Below, in pieces: positions 15,838 to 25,120 of a stretch of DNA of 55,007 nt (within the stretch, counting starts at the first letter, position 1; every line of letters starts with the position of its first letter). Made by a program: the position numbers and the translations under genes. The notes under the pieces were generated by a model. It saw nothing but the letters and a program-made list of their open reading frames with translations, had not been told where the DNA came from and searched no databases. Origin of the DNA: a virus (taxonomy: Duplodnaviria; Caudoviricetes); IMG/VR virus record IMGVR_UViG_3300027971_000062, positions 1 to 55,007 of that record. One strand, written 5' to 3'.

Positions 15838-16188
15838 TCACTGCTCGCCGTCTGCAACCCACATTTTATCGATCAGCGTCGCGGCCCATCGGTAGCCAGG
15901 GTCGCCTCCCCACAGCAGCCACGCGATCACCCCGGCGCTCGGATACTTGGGATGCCAGTCCTGCGCGGCGGGCGCGTCCAAGTCCTTCTGATGCCTGGCG
16001 AAGAAAGCGAACATGCGGCGCGCGGTCTGCGGCGACACGGTGCGACCGCTGGATAGCTGCACGGCGCGAGCAACGCCAACGGCTGTCCCGCCGCGACCGT
16101 AGGTGCGGCGCCACTCGAGGCCGAGTCGCGCCTCGCGCTGCACGCTCTCCGGGGGTGTGAAGTCGATGTGATCGTAGCGGGCGCTCAC
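15838..16188 (-). CDS. Conserved phage domain protein of unknown function
   Basis: GLEWRR..GRGGTAVGVARA.QL...RMFAFFARH...PSAGVIAWLLWGGDPG..W, a pattern I recognise from phage head-region proteins; GTGA overlap. Confidence 0.75.
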   Translation of the reverse strand: MSARYDHIDFTPPESVQREARLGLEWRRTYGRGGTAVGVARAVQLSSGRTVSPQTARRMFAFFARHQKDLDAPAAQDWHPKYPSAGVIAWLLWGGDPGYRWAATLIDKMWVADGEQ

Positions 16189-16523
16189 GGCACGAGCTCC
16201 AGGGCCTCGCAGACGATGCAGTCCTCCACCGTCGAGACCGCGCCGCATCGCTCGCACGTCCACCGCTGGCGACCGTCCTCGAGGGCCTGCCCGACCAACG
16301 GGCAGTACTGCGCGTGGATCCCAGGCGAGAGCTCAAGGTAAACGGAGCTGCACATGCAGCCCGACCCGCGGGCCGCGAGCGCCGCGCGCAGCCTGCGCTC
16401 GAGGTCGCCTACCTTGGCCTTGAGGTTGGCGTTCTCGATGCGTAGCTCGTCGAGCGTGGATGCAGCCTCGATCATTGCGTCGAACATATCAGCCTTCCCG
16501 TGTCTCGCTGCGCCAGCCTCCAT
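16185..16523 (-). CDS. Hypothetical coiled-coil and zinc-finger protein
   Basis: Heptads followed by CMC, HxxxC, CERC and CIVC; start uncertain. Confidence 0.55.
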   Translation of the reverse strand: MEAGAARHGKADMFDAMIEAASTLDELRIENANLKAKVGDLERRLRAALAARGSGCMCSSVYLELSPGIHAQYCPLVGQALEDGRQRWTCERCGAVSTVEDCIVCEALELVP

Positions 16524-16619
16524 CTCGCGCTCGAGCGCGGCGAGCGTAGCCGGCCCTGCCAGGCCGATCGCACACGACGCGGTGATCGCGCGCCAGTTCC
16601 ACGGCCTTGTCGATGTCGC

Positions 16620-16994
16620 TCACGGGGTCTCCTGTTCGTGCGTCCAGATTTCGCGGGCGAGCCAGCCGGCACGCTCGGCATCGCCCATCGTCGGCCAGTC
16701 GTACTGATGACGGTTCCAGCCGTCGCCCTCCTCCTCGGTCCACGTCTCATCCTCGCGGCCGTAGTCCTCCTCGCGCGTGGCCTGCGCCAGTGCGGCGGCG
16801 CGAATCTCGACCCGCACGGCCGGCGTGTCGTTGGCGGGGCCGAGGGGCATCAACTCGCCGCACGTGACGCACACGAGCTTGAACACGCCGGGGTGCCACG
16901 CAGCGCCGTGGCCCGGTCGGTGGTTCGCCGGGATGGGGCGCCGCATCTTGGGGCCGAGGTACTCCGCGACGCAGCGGTGGCGACAGTCGCTCAC
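16620..16994 (-). CDS. Hypothetical protein
   Basis: GTGA-coupled; CxH and CVTC. Confidence 0.55.
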   Translation of the reverse strand: MSDCRHRCVAEYLGPKMRRPIPANHRPGHGAAWHPGVFKLVCVTCGELMPLGPANDTPAVRVEIRAAALAQATREEDYGREDETWTEEEGDGWNRHQYDWPTMGDAERAGWLAREIWTHEQETP

Positions 16995-17386
16995 GGCGCC
17001 CCCTTGCCGCGCCAGGCGCGGGCTGCGCGCAGACCCTCAACCTCGGCCCGCGCCTCATCACGCTCGTGGACGAGCAGGCGCACCGCCTCGACGAGATCGG
17101 CCTCGGGGTCGGGGTCGCAGCCCATCGCGGATGCGATGCGGTCCAGCGTGCTACTGAACGCATCCACCATCCTGTCGGACGCGCCCCGTGCGCGCTCGAG
17201 CTCGGCGCGGGCGGCTGCGAGCGCAGCCTCGGCCTCGATCGCGCGCATGGTCGTCGCCAGGTTCTCCTTCGCCCAGTCCTGGGCAACCTTCTTCCAGTCC
17301 TCGACGCTAACGCGCAGCGTTTGAATCTCCTCGAGCATCACATCCTCAACCACGTCGTGCAGCTCCTCGTCGGTGATGTCACCCAT
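16991..17386 (-). CDS. Hypothetical coiled-coil protein
   Basis: Overlaps neighbours at both ends; E/A/R-rich heptads. Confidence 0.6.
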   Translation of the reverse strand: MGDITDEELHDVVEDVMLEEIQTLRVSVEDWKKVAQDWAKENLATTMRAIEAEAALAAARAELERARGASDRMVDAFSSTLDRIASAMGCDPDPEADLVEAVRLLVHERDEARAEVEGLRAARAWRGKGAP

Positions 17387-17771
17387 GATCGCCTACATTC
17401 GCGTCCTCGACGCTCGACTTGACCGTGAGCCGCTGAATCGCAGCACGGCACCGACCGCACCGCGCCTGGATGCCACCGTCGCTGTAGGTGAGGCGCAGCC
17501 CCGCCTTGGGATGGCACGATGGCTTGAGCCGAACCGGCTCTGCGGGCGTTGACGCTGCCTCGATCTCGTCCTGGGTCGGCGTGTTGACGACGACGTTACA
17601 GACGTGCCGGTTGCACGTCCGACAGCGGATCGAGAGCATGCCGCCTAGGTGAAAGACGAGTTGCTCGGACCCCTCGTGGCACACGGACTGGACGACGAAG
17701 GATGCTGCCCCTCCCTCGTCGAGCCAGCCGTCGAAGTCCTCTCGCGCGAACGCTTTGATCTGCATGGTCAT
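17379..17771 (-). CDS. Hypothetical protein with a duplicated CH...CxxC zinc module
   Basis: SVCH...IRCRTC and PSCH...ARCGRC; GAGGAGG RBS. Confidence 0.65.
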   Translation of the reverse strand: MTMQIKAFAREDFDGWLDEGGAASFVVQSVCHEGSEQLVFHLGGMLSIRCRTCNRHVCNVVVNTPTQDEIEAASTPAEPVRLKPSCHPKAGLRLTYSDGGIQARCGRCRAAIQRLTVKSSVEDANVGDHG

Positions 17772-17959
17772 CGCCTCCTCGGATTCTGCTTGTTCTCTCG
17801 GTCCATCTCGCGCGTGTACGGGCCGACGATCTCAAGCGCGATGCGCTCGGCCTCGGGCCGGTCCAGGCCACCTTCGTACTCGATGATCGCGGCGCGATAG
17901 ATGAACTCCTCGCGCCACTCCGCGAGCGAGCGAGCTCGCCATGCCTGTCGGATGCTCAC
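17768..17959 (-). CDS. Small phage protein with RAAIIEYEGGLDRPEAE motif
   Basis: GTGA overlap with the QueE stop; motif familiar from phage proteins. Confidence 0.6.
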   Translation of the reverse strand: MSIRQAWRARSLAEWREEFIYRAAIIEYEGGLDRPEAERIALEIVGPYTREMDRENKQNPRRR

Positions 17960-18573
17960 ACCACGCCCCAATGCTTGTGGTCCTGACGCGACAGCGACCA
18001 GCGAGGGCGGGTTTTCAAGAACGCCTTGCAACGCTCGAGTGACTCTGGACATTCGGCACCGTCGCGCCAGATTGGCTGGACATATCGATACAGGAAGTCC
18101 GTCCTGTCGTCGGGCCACGCTGCCGCCCACTCCTCCAAGGATAGACCGCCGAGTCCATCGACGATCTTGATCTCGTTGCCGTATCGCTGCACGAACCGAC
18201 CAGGATCGGCGCTGTGAGGCGAGATCGACAGCCAATCCACGGGCGGAACGATCCGCTTGCTCCCGGAGCTGGCGACCGCAGTCGAGAACCCTGCCATCTT
18301 GAGCTCGCGCAGCAGGGGTCGCAGGTCGTGATCGGCGGGCTCCCCTCCCGTGATCCAGACCCACCAATCACGATCGCCTTGAGGGCAAACCGCTCGCACG
18401 AGCTCGACGATTGCCTCGGCGGTTGCGTGCGACGTGACGCGATAGTCGGTGTCGCACTCAGCGCAACCCACCGAGCATCCCGCAAGGCGCACGAACGCCA
18501 TCTGGAAGCCACGCAGATGACCTTCGCCTTGGAGGGTCCAGAAGATCGGGTTAGGTGCCAGCGGATAGCGCAT
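17956..18573 (-). CDS. queE: QueE-like radical SAM enzyme (7-carboxy-7-deazaguanine synthase family)
   Basis: IFWTLQGEG, FVRLAGCSVGCAECDT (CxxxCxxC), ITGGEP, SISP, YVQP, WSLSRQDHK. Confidence 0.85.
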   Translation of the reverse strand: MRYPLAPNPIFWTLQGEGHLRGFQMAFVRLAGCSVGCAECDTDYRVTSHATAEAIVELVRAVCPQGDRDWWVWITGGEPADHDLRPLLRELKMAGFSTAVASSGSKRIVPPVDWLSISPHSADPGRFVQRYGNEIKIVDGLGGLSLEEWAAAWPDDRTDFLYRYVQPIWRDGAECPESLERCKAFLKTRPRWSLSRQDHKHWGVV

Positions 18574-19189
18574 CGTTGGATGTCTCCCTTAAGAACTTTC
18601 TCAGCTCGTTGAATTGCGAGGTGCCGGTCAGCTTTCCCTTGCGGAACCATCCGGTACCGTCAACAGAGATCGCGCCAGCTCGCCAGCAAAGAATCAGCCG
18701 CTCCCAAGTGTTCACGCGCGCCACATGAACGCGCGCCGGGAAGCGAGCGCACCACGGATCGATGTTGGCGAGCTTCCACTCGGTGGAGCCTGCCAGGAAG
18801 ATGACGCACTCGTTATCCGGCACGTCCGCGAACGTCATCCCGTCCTGCGCCGCGAACGCTGCGCGAAACCCAAACGATCGAACGATTGGCTCGTACCTCG
18901 GCCAGAGCTCTAGCGTGGCGGCGCGATTCGCGACGACATCGGGCACGACAGCCCAGAGCGGACAGATGCCGGACAGGGCCGACCAGTTCAGCAGCTTGCG
19001 CCAGCCACCCTCGTCCCACGCGCGGTCATTCTTGAACGCGGACCACGCGCCGTTATCGAGCCCATACGGCACCTCTCGCCAGGGACCGCGCTCGCCGGCA
19101 GGCGAGAACAGGTGACCGATTCGACCCGGATGCTTACCGGCCAGTAATCCAACCTCAATTCCCGTCGCGTTGCTGACCATGACGATCAC
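18551..19189 (-). CDS. TGT-like (possibly DpdA-like) TIM-barrel protein
   Basis: YGLDNGAW, VVPDVV, AQDGM, GSTEWK, VHVARVN, SVDGTG; directly upstream of queE; GTGA start overlap. Confidence 0.5.
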   Translation of the reverse strand: MIVMVSNATGIEVGLLAGKHPGRIGHLFSPAGERGPWREVPYGLDNGAWSAFKNDRAWDEGGWRKLLNWSALSGICPLWAVVPDVVANRAATLELWPRYEPIVRSFGFRAAFAAQDGMTFADVPDNECVIFLAGSTEWKLANIDPWCARFPARVHVARVNTWERLILCWRAGAISVDGTGWFRKGKLTGTSQFNELRKFLRETSNDALSAGT

Positions 19190-19347
19190 TTGCGCTTCCT
19201 GGTGGGCCGGTCGAGGGCCAGGACCGCCAGGTCGCTGATCAGCGAGGCGAGCGTCCGCAGGGTCCGCAGGTGCAGGTTGCCGTCGTGCGGTGCGAGCGCA
19301 TCCGCCAGCAGGCGAGCCTCGTCGATGATCTGTTCCTTGGTTCGCAT
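19186..19347 (-). CDS. Small hypothetical protein
   Basis: MRTKEQIIDEARLLAD...; coupled to the downstream gene. Confidence 0.5.
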   Translation of the reverse strand: MRTKEQIIDEARLLADALAPHDGNLHLRTLRTLASLISDLAVLALDRPTRKRK

Positions 19348-19373
19348 GTTCACGTCCAGTGGTAAGGGGGCGG

Positions 19374-19556
19374 CTACGCTTGGCGCAGGACGTAGACCCG
19401 CCGGATGTCCACGATCTCGCTGCTCCTCGAGCAGTGATCGCACTCGATCGACACGCCATGACCGAGCTGCTCCTGGAGCTCGGCAAGGTCCATCGGCTGA
19501 CCACAGTGCGCGCAGGGGACCGCCTTGATCGGCCCCTGGACCGTTGCCGCGGTCAC
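19374..19556 (-). CDS. Small zinc-ribbon protein
   Basis: CAHC and CDHC; GGAG RBS. Confidence 0.6.
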   Translation of the reverse strand: MTAATVQGPIKAVPCAHCGQPMDLAELQEQLGHGVSIECDHCSRSSEIVDIRRVYVLRQA

Positions 19557-19735
19557 CGCGACTCCTGCCCGCTCGCCCGCTTGACCCCGCGCCGCGCCGC
19601 ATCACGCGCCGCGCGCCGCAGGAACTCGGCAACGCTGGTCCTGTCGGCGTCGCTCGCCTGCTCGATCAAGAGCTTGTCCTCAGTGCTGACGCGAAATTGC
19701 ATGATCTCCGTGAGGTCTTGACGGGTCTTCGGCAT
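19553..19735 (-). CDS. Ribbon-helix-helix DNA-binding protein (DUF1778-like)
   Basis: MQFRVSTEDKLLIEQAS...SVAEFLRRAA; TTGACA upstream on the minus strand; first gene of a leftward operon. Confidence 0.7.
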   Translation of the reverse strand: MPKTRQDLTEIMQFRVSTEDKLLIEQASDADRTSVAEFLRRAARDAARRGVKRASGQESR

Positions 19736-19799
19736 GCCCAACGTATTACAAACGACGGAACGCTTGTCAACCGCATACGCTACGGGCAGGATGCGCGCC

Positions 19800-20255
19800 A
19801 TGCGTGATCGCTACATTTCCTGCTACATCCTGGGCCGCACGGACACCTTCGATGGCGAGGTGGACATGGACGGGCTCGTCGAGCGCATCCTCTCAGGGGC
19901 GCCCATGCGTGAGACCTCGCTCGAGGTCGCTCGTCGGGCTGTCATGGCGAGCGCGGACTCGAGCGCGAAGGTCGAGTGGCTCCACGAGAATCTAGAAGCC
20001 GTCCGCGCGCTCGGAGGAGACACCGAGAAGGCATGGCGCATGTTCTGCCAGGGTCGGGTTGACGCGCTCGCCGCCCAGGTCGAGGAATCTGCCCTTGAGG
20101 ACATGATCAGTCGCCTCGACGAGGACGAGGAGAGCGAAGACGACGACAAGGGGGAGGAGGAGGACGAGGAGGAGGAGGAGGGCGAGGAGGGCGAGGAGGG
20201 CGAGGAGGGCGAGGAAGGGGAGGAAGGGGAGGAAGAAGGGGAGGACGAGGAGTGA
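19800..20255 (+). CDS. Protein with a long acidic (GEE)n tail
   Basis: C-terminal ~45 aa almost entirely E/D/G; 9-bp GGCGAGGAG tandem repeat. Confidence 0.7.
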   Translation: MRDRYISCYILGRTDTFDGEVDMDGLVERILSGAPMRETSLEVARRAVMASADSSAKVEWLHENLEAVRALGGDTEKAWRMFCQGRVDALAAQVEESALEDMISRLDEDEESEDDDKGEEEDEEEEEGEEGEEGEEGEEGEEGEEEGEDEE

Positions 20256-20282
20256 TCTAACAGGACTGATCCTGTAGGTCGC

Positions 20283-22155
20283 TGATAGCCTAGCGGCCAT
20301 GGGCAACCTCTTCCTTAACATTCCTGTTCCCGCCGGTAACGGCACGGGCGCCGCCGTCGAGACCTCGCAGATGGCGAGCACGAAGACGATCGTGTGCGGT
20401 GGCCCGTTCGCTGCGACGGTCAACCTCGAGATCAGCAACGACGCTGGCGCGCTCGTCTGGGCACCCCTGGCGACGTTCCAGCGATCGGGCAACCTTACCG
20501 TGTCCGTGTCCGCGCGCTTCATGCGCGCGAGCGTGTCGGACTACAAGAGCGGCGTCGCAAACCTCGACGTGAGTGCGGCGGCGGTCGGTGACGCTAGCTT
20601 CGTGCTGCTCCCGGGTAACGGCACCCCGGTGGACATCTCCGCTGCGCCGCTGTTCAAGACAGTGGTTGCGTCGAGCTCGTTCGCGGGCAACGTCGAGATC
20701 AGCGGCGACGGCGTCAGCTACGCGCAGATCTGGTCGTTCCAGGACGGCGGACAGCAGAGTCGCGAGGTCGTGGGCAAGTTCGCTCGCGTCATCGGCAGCG
20801 GCGAGGACGTGTACCTCGGCGGAACCAGCAATGGCAGCGGCGGCATTGGCACGATCTCGTGGGCACCCGGCGGCGGCGGCGACGCGACGACGTGGGCCGA
20901 GGTGATGGCATTCGTCGCCGCGGTCAATCACCCGCTGACCGTCTACCTCAACGGGTCCGCGTCGATCCCGCCAGGCGTGTACGACGTGAACGGGATGCAG
21001 CTCATTTCAGACCCGGAGATCGAGACGTTCGTGGTCACGATGGACGACGGCGCCCAACTGTACAACCTCGGCGCGATCTTGGGGCAGATCACGCTAAGAA
21101 GCCTGTCCACCTCGCTCACGCCGCTGGAGTTTGGGGCACCACCGTTGGGTGGGCCGCGCTCGCTCAAGCTTGAGTTCAACGCGAGCCTGGAAAACGCCGG
21201 GACCGTCCCAATGATCGAGGTCGCGGCAGGCGATCTCTTCGTGATTGCGGGCTTGTTCAACGCGACGCTGACCGACACCGCCCCCGTGGTCAACCTCGGC
21301 GCGGGCTCGACCCTGATCGTCGGCGTGTACGGTGCGCTCAACGTCACCGACGACTACGTGACCGGCCCGGCGAGCGCGACCCTGGTGTATCAGGTCGTCA
21401 CGGGCGGGTTGCCGACGCCGCTCCCCGTCAACGCGGGCTTCGCCGGCACGACGCTCCAGAACGTCCTCACCGGCTGGAGTTGCACGACGGCGGGGCGCCC
21501 ATCGGTGAACCCGCTGTACACGCTCCACACGGGGACGATGACGTTCGACACCGACCTGGGCCTCCCGATCTGGTGGGACGGCACGCAGTGGGTTGACGCG
21601 ACCGGCACGCCCGCCTAGTGATAGCCTAGCCGCCATGAGCAACCTCTTCCTCAACATCCCTGTTCCCGCCGGTAACGGCACGGGCGCCGCCGTCGAGACC
21701 TCGCAGATGGCGAGCACGAAGACGATCGTGTGCGGTGGACCGTTCGTCGCGACGGTCAACCTCGAGATCAGCAACGACGCTGGCGCCGCTGTCTGGGCAC
21801 CGCTGGCGACGTTCCAGCGGTCGGGCAACGTCACCGTGTCCGTGTCCGCGCGCTTCATGCGAGCGCGCGTGTCGGACTACAAGAGCGGCGTCGCGAACAT
21901 CGACGTGGGCGCTGCCGTGATCGGTGACGCTAGCTTCGTGCTGCTCCCGGGTAACGGCACCGCGGTTGATATCTCCGCTGCGCCGCTGCTCAAGACGGTG
22001 ATCGCTCCGAGCTCGTTCGCGGGCAACGTCGAGATCAGTGGCGACGGCGTCAGCTACGCGCAGATCTGGTCGTTCCAGGACGGCGGGCAGCAGAGTCGCG
22101 AGGTTGTGGGCAAGTTCGCGCGCGTCGCCGGCAGCGGCGAGGACGTTTACCTCGG
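20283..22155 (+). repeat. About 540-bp near-identical direct repeat (promoter plus constant domain of two spike genes)
   Basis: About 20283-20820 versus about 21619-22155, both starting TGATAGCCTAGC.GCCATG. Confidence 0.9.
20299..21618 (+). CDS. Spike/receptor-binding protein 2
   Basis: Shared N-terminal domain; C-terminal FDTDLGLPIWWDGTQWVDATG fibre-end motif. Confidence 0.75.
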   Translation: MGNLFLNIPVPAGNGTGAAVETSQMASTKTIVCGGPFAATVNLEISNDAGALVWAPLATFQRSGNLTVSVSARFMRASVSDYKSGVANLDVSAAAVGDASFVLLPGNGTPVDISAAPLFKTVVASSSFAGNVEISGDGVSYAQIWSFQDGGQQSREVVGKFARVIGSGEDVYLGGTSNGSGGIGTISWAPGGGGDATTWAEVMAFVAAVNHPLTVYLNGSASIPPGVYDVNGMQLISDPEIETFVVTMDDGAQLYNLGAILGQITLRSLSTSLTPLEFGAPPLGGPRSLKLEFNASLENAGTVPMIEVAAGDLFVIAGLFNATLTDTAPVVNLGAGSTLIVGVYGALNVTDDYVTGPASATLVYQVVTGGLPTPLPVNAGFAGTTLQNVLTGWSCTTAGRPSVNPLYTLHTGTMTFDTDLGLPIWWDGTQWVDATGTPA

Positions 22156-23671
22156 AGCGACGACGGACGACACGGCGGGCGCCGAGCCCCCGCAGCCGCC
22201 GTTCATCCCCAGCGAGATCTTCATCTACGCGCGGATCACGGGCGACGACGCCACGGGCACCGGCTCGCTGACCAACCCGTACAAGACGATCGAGCGCGCG
22301 GTGCGCGACGTGCCGACCCTGGTTCCGGCTGGCGTGACCTACCACGTCGATGGCACCGGCACGGGCGTTCAGACGCTGCCCGAAATGTACGAGTTCCCGG
22401 TGTTCGTCACGACGGAGTCGATCGGTGACTTCGCGTTCGACGAGGAGTTTTTCTACTACTACGGGGCGGTCAATATCACGGCCGATCCCCGACTCGCGAC
22501 CGGCGTCACGGGCATCACGACGATCCCGGCTGCGGGCGCGGTCATCACCACGCCCACCGCATCGACCGGCCTCAAGGCGATCCAGTCGCCGGGCGCGGGG
22601 TGGACCCCGGGTCAGCTCAAGGGCAAGTTCGTGATCGGCGCCGGGCTCGCCACCGAGCACTGCGTCGTCTGGAACAACACGGCAGACACGATCTACATCA
22701 CGAAGACGAGCGTGCCGACGTTCCCGATCCGCATCATGGAGTGTTCCGCCGAGCTCCAGGCGACGAAGGATCCGGCCCGGCTGCACCGGGGCGCGGTCAA
22801 CCTGATCAACTCGATGGCGGTTCTCGGCGGGCTCAAGATCTCCTCGACGCTGCCGCCCGATGGCGCCTTTGCCAACTGGGGCCTTCAGGTCGGTGGCACC
22901 ACGCCTCCCGTCGGCCTGATGCTCTGCGATCTGCCCGGGTGCGGCCTCGTCGGTGAGTCGTGGATTCGCGCGCGAGCGTGCTACCTGCCGGGCATCCTGT
23001 TCGCGATGGCGCCGCTGTCGTGGACCTCGTGCTTCGTCAATGAGTCGATCGTCGTCGGCGGAACCACGCAGCTCACGGTGTGGGGCGCACGTGGCCTCGA
23101 CAGCCTCATCAAGAGCTGCGTCATCCGGCGCACCACGCCGCTGTTTTTCCGCGACCTGTTCGATCAGTTCAACGGCGGGACCGTCGGGCTGCTCGACGTG
23201 ATGAATACGCAGTTCATCGACATGCTCCCCAACTTCACGCCGCCGACCGCGAACGACATGGAGGGGCCGGTCAACAGCGCCATCTACTGGACGGGCGGGC
23301 AACTCTATCTGATGGGCGTGGACATCGCCAACACGTCGGCGGTCGCCCCCCTGGCCGGCGCGACCAACGCCGCGATCACCGTGACGGGCAACGGCTCAGA
23401 TCTGCACCTCCGCAGCGTCACGAGCAGCGGCAATCTGTACCCCGGCGTCGGCGTCTCCGCGACCGACGGCGGATACTGCGAGCAGAACGACGTGCCCTAC
23501 CAGCCCGGCGTCCCGGTCGGCCCGCCGACGACGATTGTCGGCACGCTCGGCGCGTTCAAGTCGGGCAACCTGGGCATCCAGGCTGCTTGGCCGGCGACGA
23601 CGTTCCCGACGGCAGGCTCCAACTTCTCCGACTTCGTCACCCAGGGCACGCGCGTCTTCCGCGTTTCCTGA
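21635..23671 (+). CDS. Spike/receptor-binding protein 3, probable beta-helix head
   Basis: Shared N-terminal domain; GDDATGTGSLTNPYKTIERAV motif typical of beta-helix (DUF1565-like) starts. Confidence 0.75.
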   Translation: MSNLFLNIPVPAGNGTGAAVETSQMASTKTIVCGGPFVATVNLEISNDAGAAVWAPLATFQRSGNVTVSVSARFMRARVSDYKSGVANIDVGAAVIGDASFVLLPGNGTAVDISAAPLLKTVIAPSSFAGNVEISGDGVSYAQIWSFQDGGQQSREVVGKFARVAGSGEDVYLGATTDDTAGAEPPQPPFIPSEIFIYARITGDDATGTGSLTNPYKTIERAVRDVPTLVPAGVTYHVDGTGTGVQTLPEMYEFPVFVTTESIGDFAFDEEFFYYYGAVNITADPRLATGVTGITTIPAAGAVITTPTASTGLKAIQSPGAGWTPGQLKGKFVIGAGLATEHCVVWNNTADTIYITKTSVPTFPIRIMECSAELQATKDPARLHRGAVNLINSMAVLGGLKISSTLPPDGAFANWGLQVGGTTPPVGLMLCDLPGCGLVGESWIRARACYLPGILFAMAPLSWTSCFVNESIVVGGTTQLTVWGARGLDSLIKSCVIRRTTPLFFRDLFDQFNGGTVGLLDVMNTQFIDMLPNFTPPTANDMEGPVNSAIYWTGGQLYLMGVDIANTSAVAPLAGATNAAITVTGNGSDLHLRSVTSSGNLYPGVGVSATDGGYCEQNDVPYQPGVPVGPPTTIVGTLGAFKSGNLGIQAAWPATTFPTAGSNFSDFVTQGTRVFRVS

Positions 23672-23710
23672 TCTCACGCACCCTCAACCTCACCCTCAGG
23701 AGTAACGATC

Positions 23711-23932
23711 ATGGCACGCAATATCGAACCCGCGATTCACAAGGCCGTCACCGCCAAGCTGCGCGAGCGTGGCCTGTCCACGCAGGCGGCTGACGCTGCC
23801 GCTGCCGCGCATGCCGCTGCCGCGCTTGAAGAGTTCAAGGCTTCGCTCGGCGCACAGGTGGTTCCGTCCGAGGCCGCTTACGAGCGCGCATTCGAGGCGG
23901 TCGTGCAGTTTGCCGCGTTGCTGAAGCTCTAA
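23711..23932 (+). CDS. Small Ala-rich hypothetical protein
   Basis: AGGAG RBS; 73 aa. Confidence 0.65.
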   Translation: MARNIEPAIHKAVTAKLRERGLSTQAADAAAAAHAAAALEEFKASLGAQVVPSEAAYERAFEAVVQFAALLKL

Positions 23933-23981
23933 GCTCGCGCTCGGCGCATGCCGAGGGGGGAGCCAGTGGTAACCTCTCGGC

Positions 23982-24788
23982 ATGTCCAAGGCTGACGACT
24001 ACAACGCTAGCGAGCTGGCCGCGGGCCGCATTACCCCGGCGCATGTCACCGTGTTGACGCGCCGGTTCCAGGCCGCTTACCCCGATCTAACCGCCGACGG
24101 GATGTGCGGGCCTGCGACTCGCGCTAAGATCGAGGAAGTGGCCAAGCTCGACACCCTCACCGTTGCTGCCTCGCAGGCGCTCGCCAACGCCGACGCCGAG
24201 TGGCGGCAGGACATCTACGACCCTGCGACCAGCGACAAGTCAGCGGACGCTGATCGGTGTCGGGGCGCGATCGACGGCATGATCCAGAAGGGGCTGCTCT
24301 GGACCTGGGAGCCTCCCTACGCCGGGGACGGCAGCTTTGAGTGGTGCGGGGCGTTCCTGGCGTCGGCGTGGATCGCGGTCAAGGCGTCGCTGCGCCAGAC
24401 CTACTACGCCTCGACCTACCGGCTCGATCGTTACGCGAGGTACCTGCCGGTCAACGACAAGCCGAACCCCAAGCCGGCGACGGGCCCGTACCGGATGATC
24501 GTGGACCTCGACGAGAGCTCGACCTCGGCCAGCCTCACCTTCGGCGTGCAGACGGGTGACATCCTGCTTATTGGACCCAAGCCGGGCTACGGCGCGCACA
24601 TCTGCTTCGTCGAGGGCTTCGACGCCGCGACCAGCATGTTCCTGACGGTCGAGGGCAACGGCACGGGCCTCGGCCCGAACGGCGAGCGTCAACAGGGCGT
24701 CGTGCGCGCCCGGCGTTCGCTCGGCGGCGTCAAGGGCTCCTGGTGCGCGCGGCGGCTGATCCGCATCGCGCCCAGCGACCTGGCCTAG
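23982..24788 (+). CDS. Endolysin: peptidoglycan-binding N-terminus plus CHAP-like amidase
   Basis: RRFQ...LTADGMCGPAT (PG-binding); WCGAF, HICFV, TVEGN. Confidence 0.82.
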   Translation: MSKADDYNASELAAGRITPAHVTVLTRRFQAAYPDLTADGMCGPATRAKIEEVAKLDTLTVAASQALANADAEWRQDIYDPATSDKSADADRCRGAIDGMIQKGLLWTWEPPYAGDGSFEWCGAFLASAWIAVKASLRQTYYASTYRLDRYARYLPVNDKPNPKPATGPYRMIVDLDESSTSASLTFGVQTGDILLIGPKPGYGAHICFVEGFDAATSMFLTVEGNGTGLGPNGERQQGVVRARRSLGGVKGSWCARRLIRIAPSDLA

Positions 24789-25120
24789 TGGCCGAGGATG
24801 ATCGGCCCGCCGTTGCGGACGGGCTTGACGAGCTGGTCGGGTAGATCCTTGCCGACGACGACGGTCTCCACGTCGTCCGCGGTGAAGTAGTGGTAGGCGA
24901 CGAGGACGCGCTTATCAGGGGTCTGCGCGATGGCGCCGAGGACGAACATGGCCCCGTGCGTGGTCAGGACGCCGGCCATCTGGTAGCCGCTCTTGAGGAC
25001 GACCTGGCAGTCAAGGTAGCGGCGGTTCTCATCGACGGGGGCGTCGGCGCGCAGGGACTTGACGACGGGATTGTCGATCTCGGGGGCGTTGGCGAGCAAG
25101 GTAGCGAGCAACTTGTTCAT
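24785..25120 (-). CDS. Hypothetical protein, possibly Sm/Hfq-like fold
   Basis: QVVLKSGYQMAGVL resembles Sm1; GGAG RBS; fold speculative. Confidence 0.5.
   Translation of the reverse strand: MNKLLATLLANAPEIDNPVVKSLRADAPVDENRRYLDCQVVLKSGYQMAGVLTTHGAMFVLGAIAQTPDKRVLVAYHYFTADDVETVVVGKDLPDQLVKPVRNGGPIILGH

Noticed and set aside
20283-22155. Diversity-generating retroelement TR/VR pair or shufflon
   Set aside because: The repeat covers N-terminal constant regions, differences are not adenine-specific, no reverse transcriptase is present, and the copies are direct with no adjacent invertase
8750-23671. NP dipeptides in spike and enzyme genes (GNP, VNP, TNP, DNP)
   Set aside because: They sit within known turn or catalytic motifs without charged linker context, so they were not counted as part of the NP system
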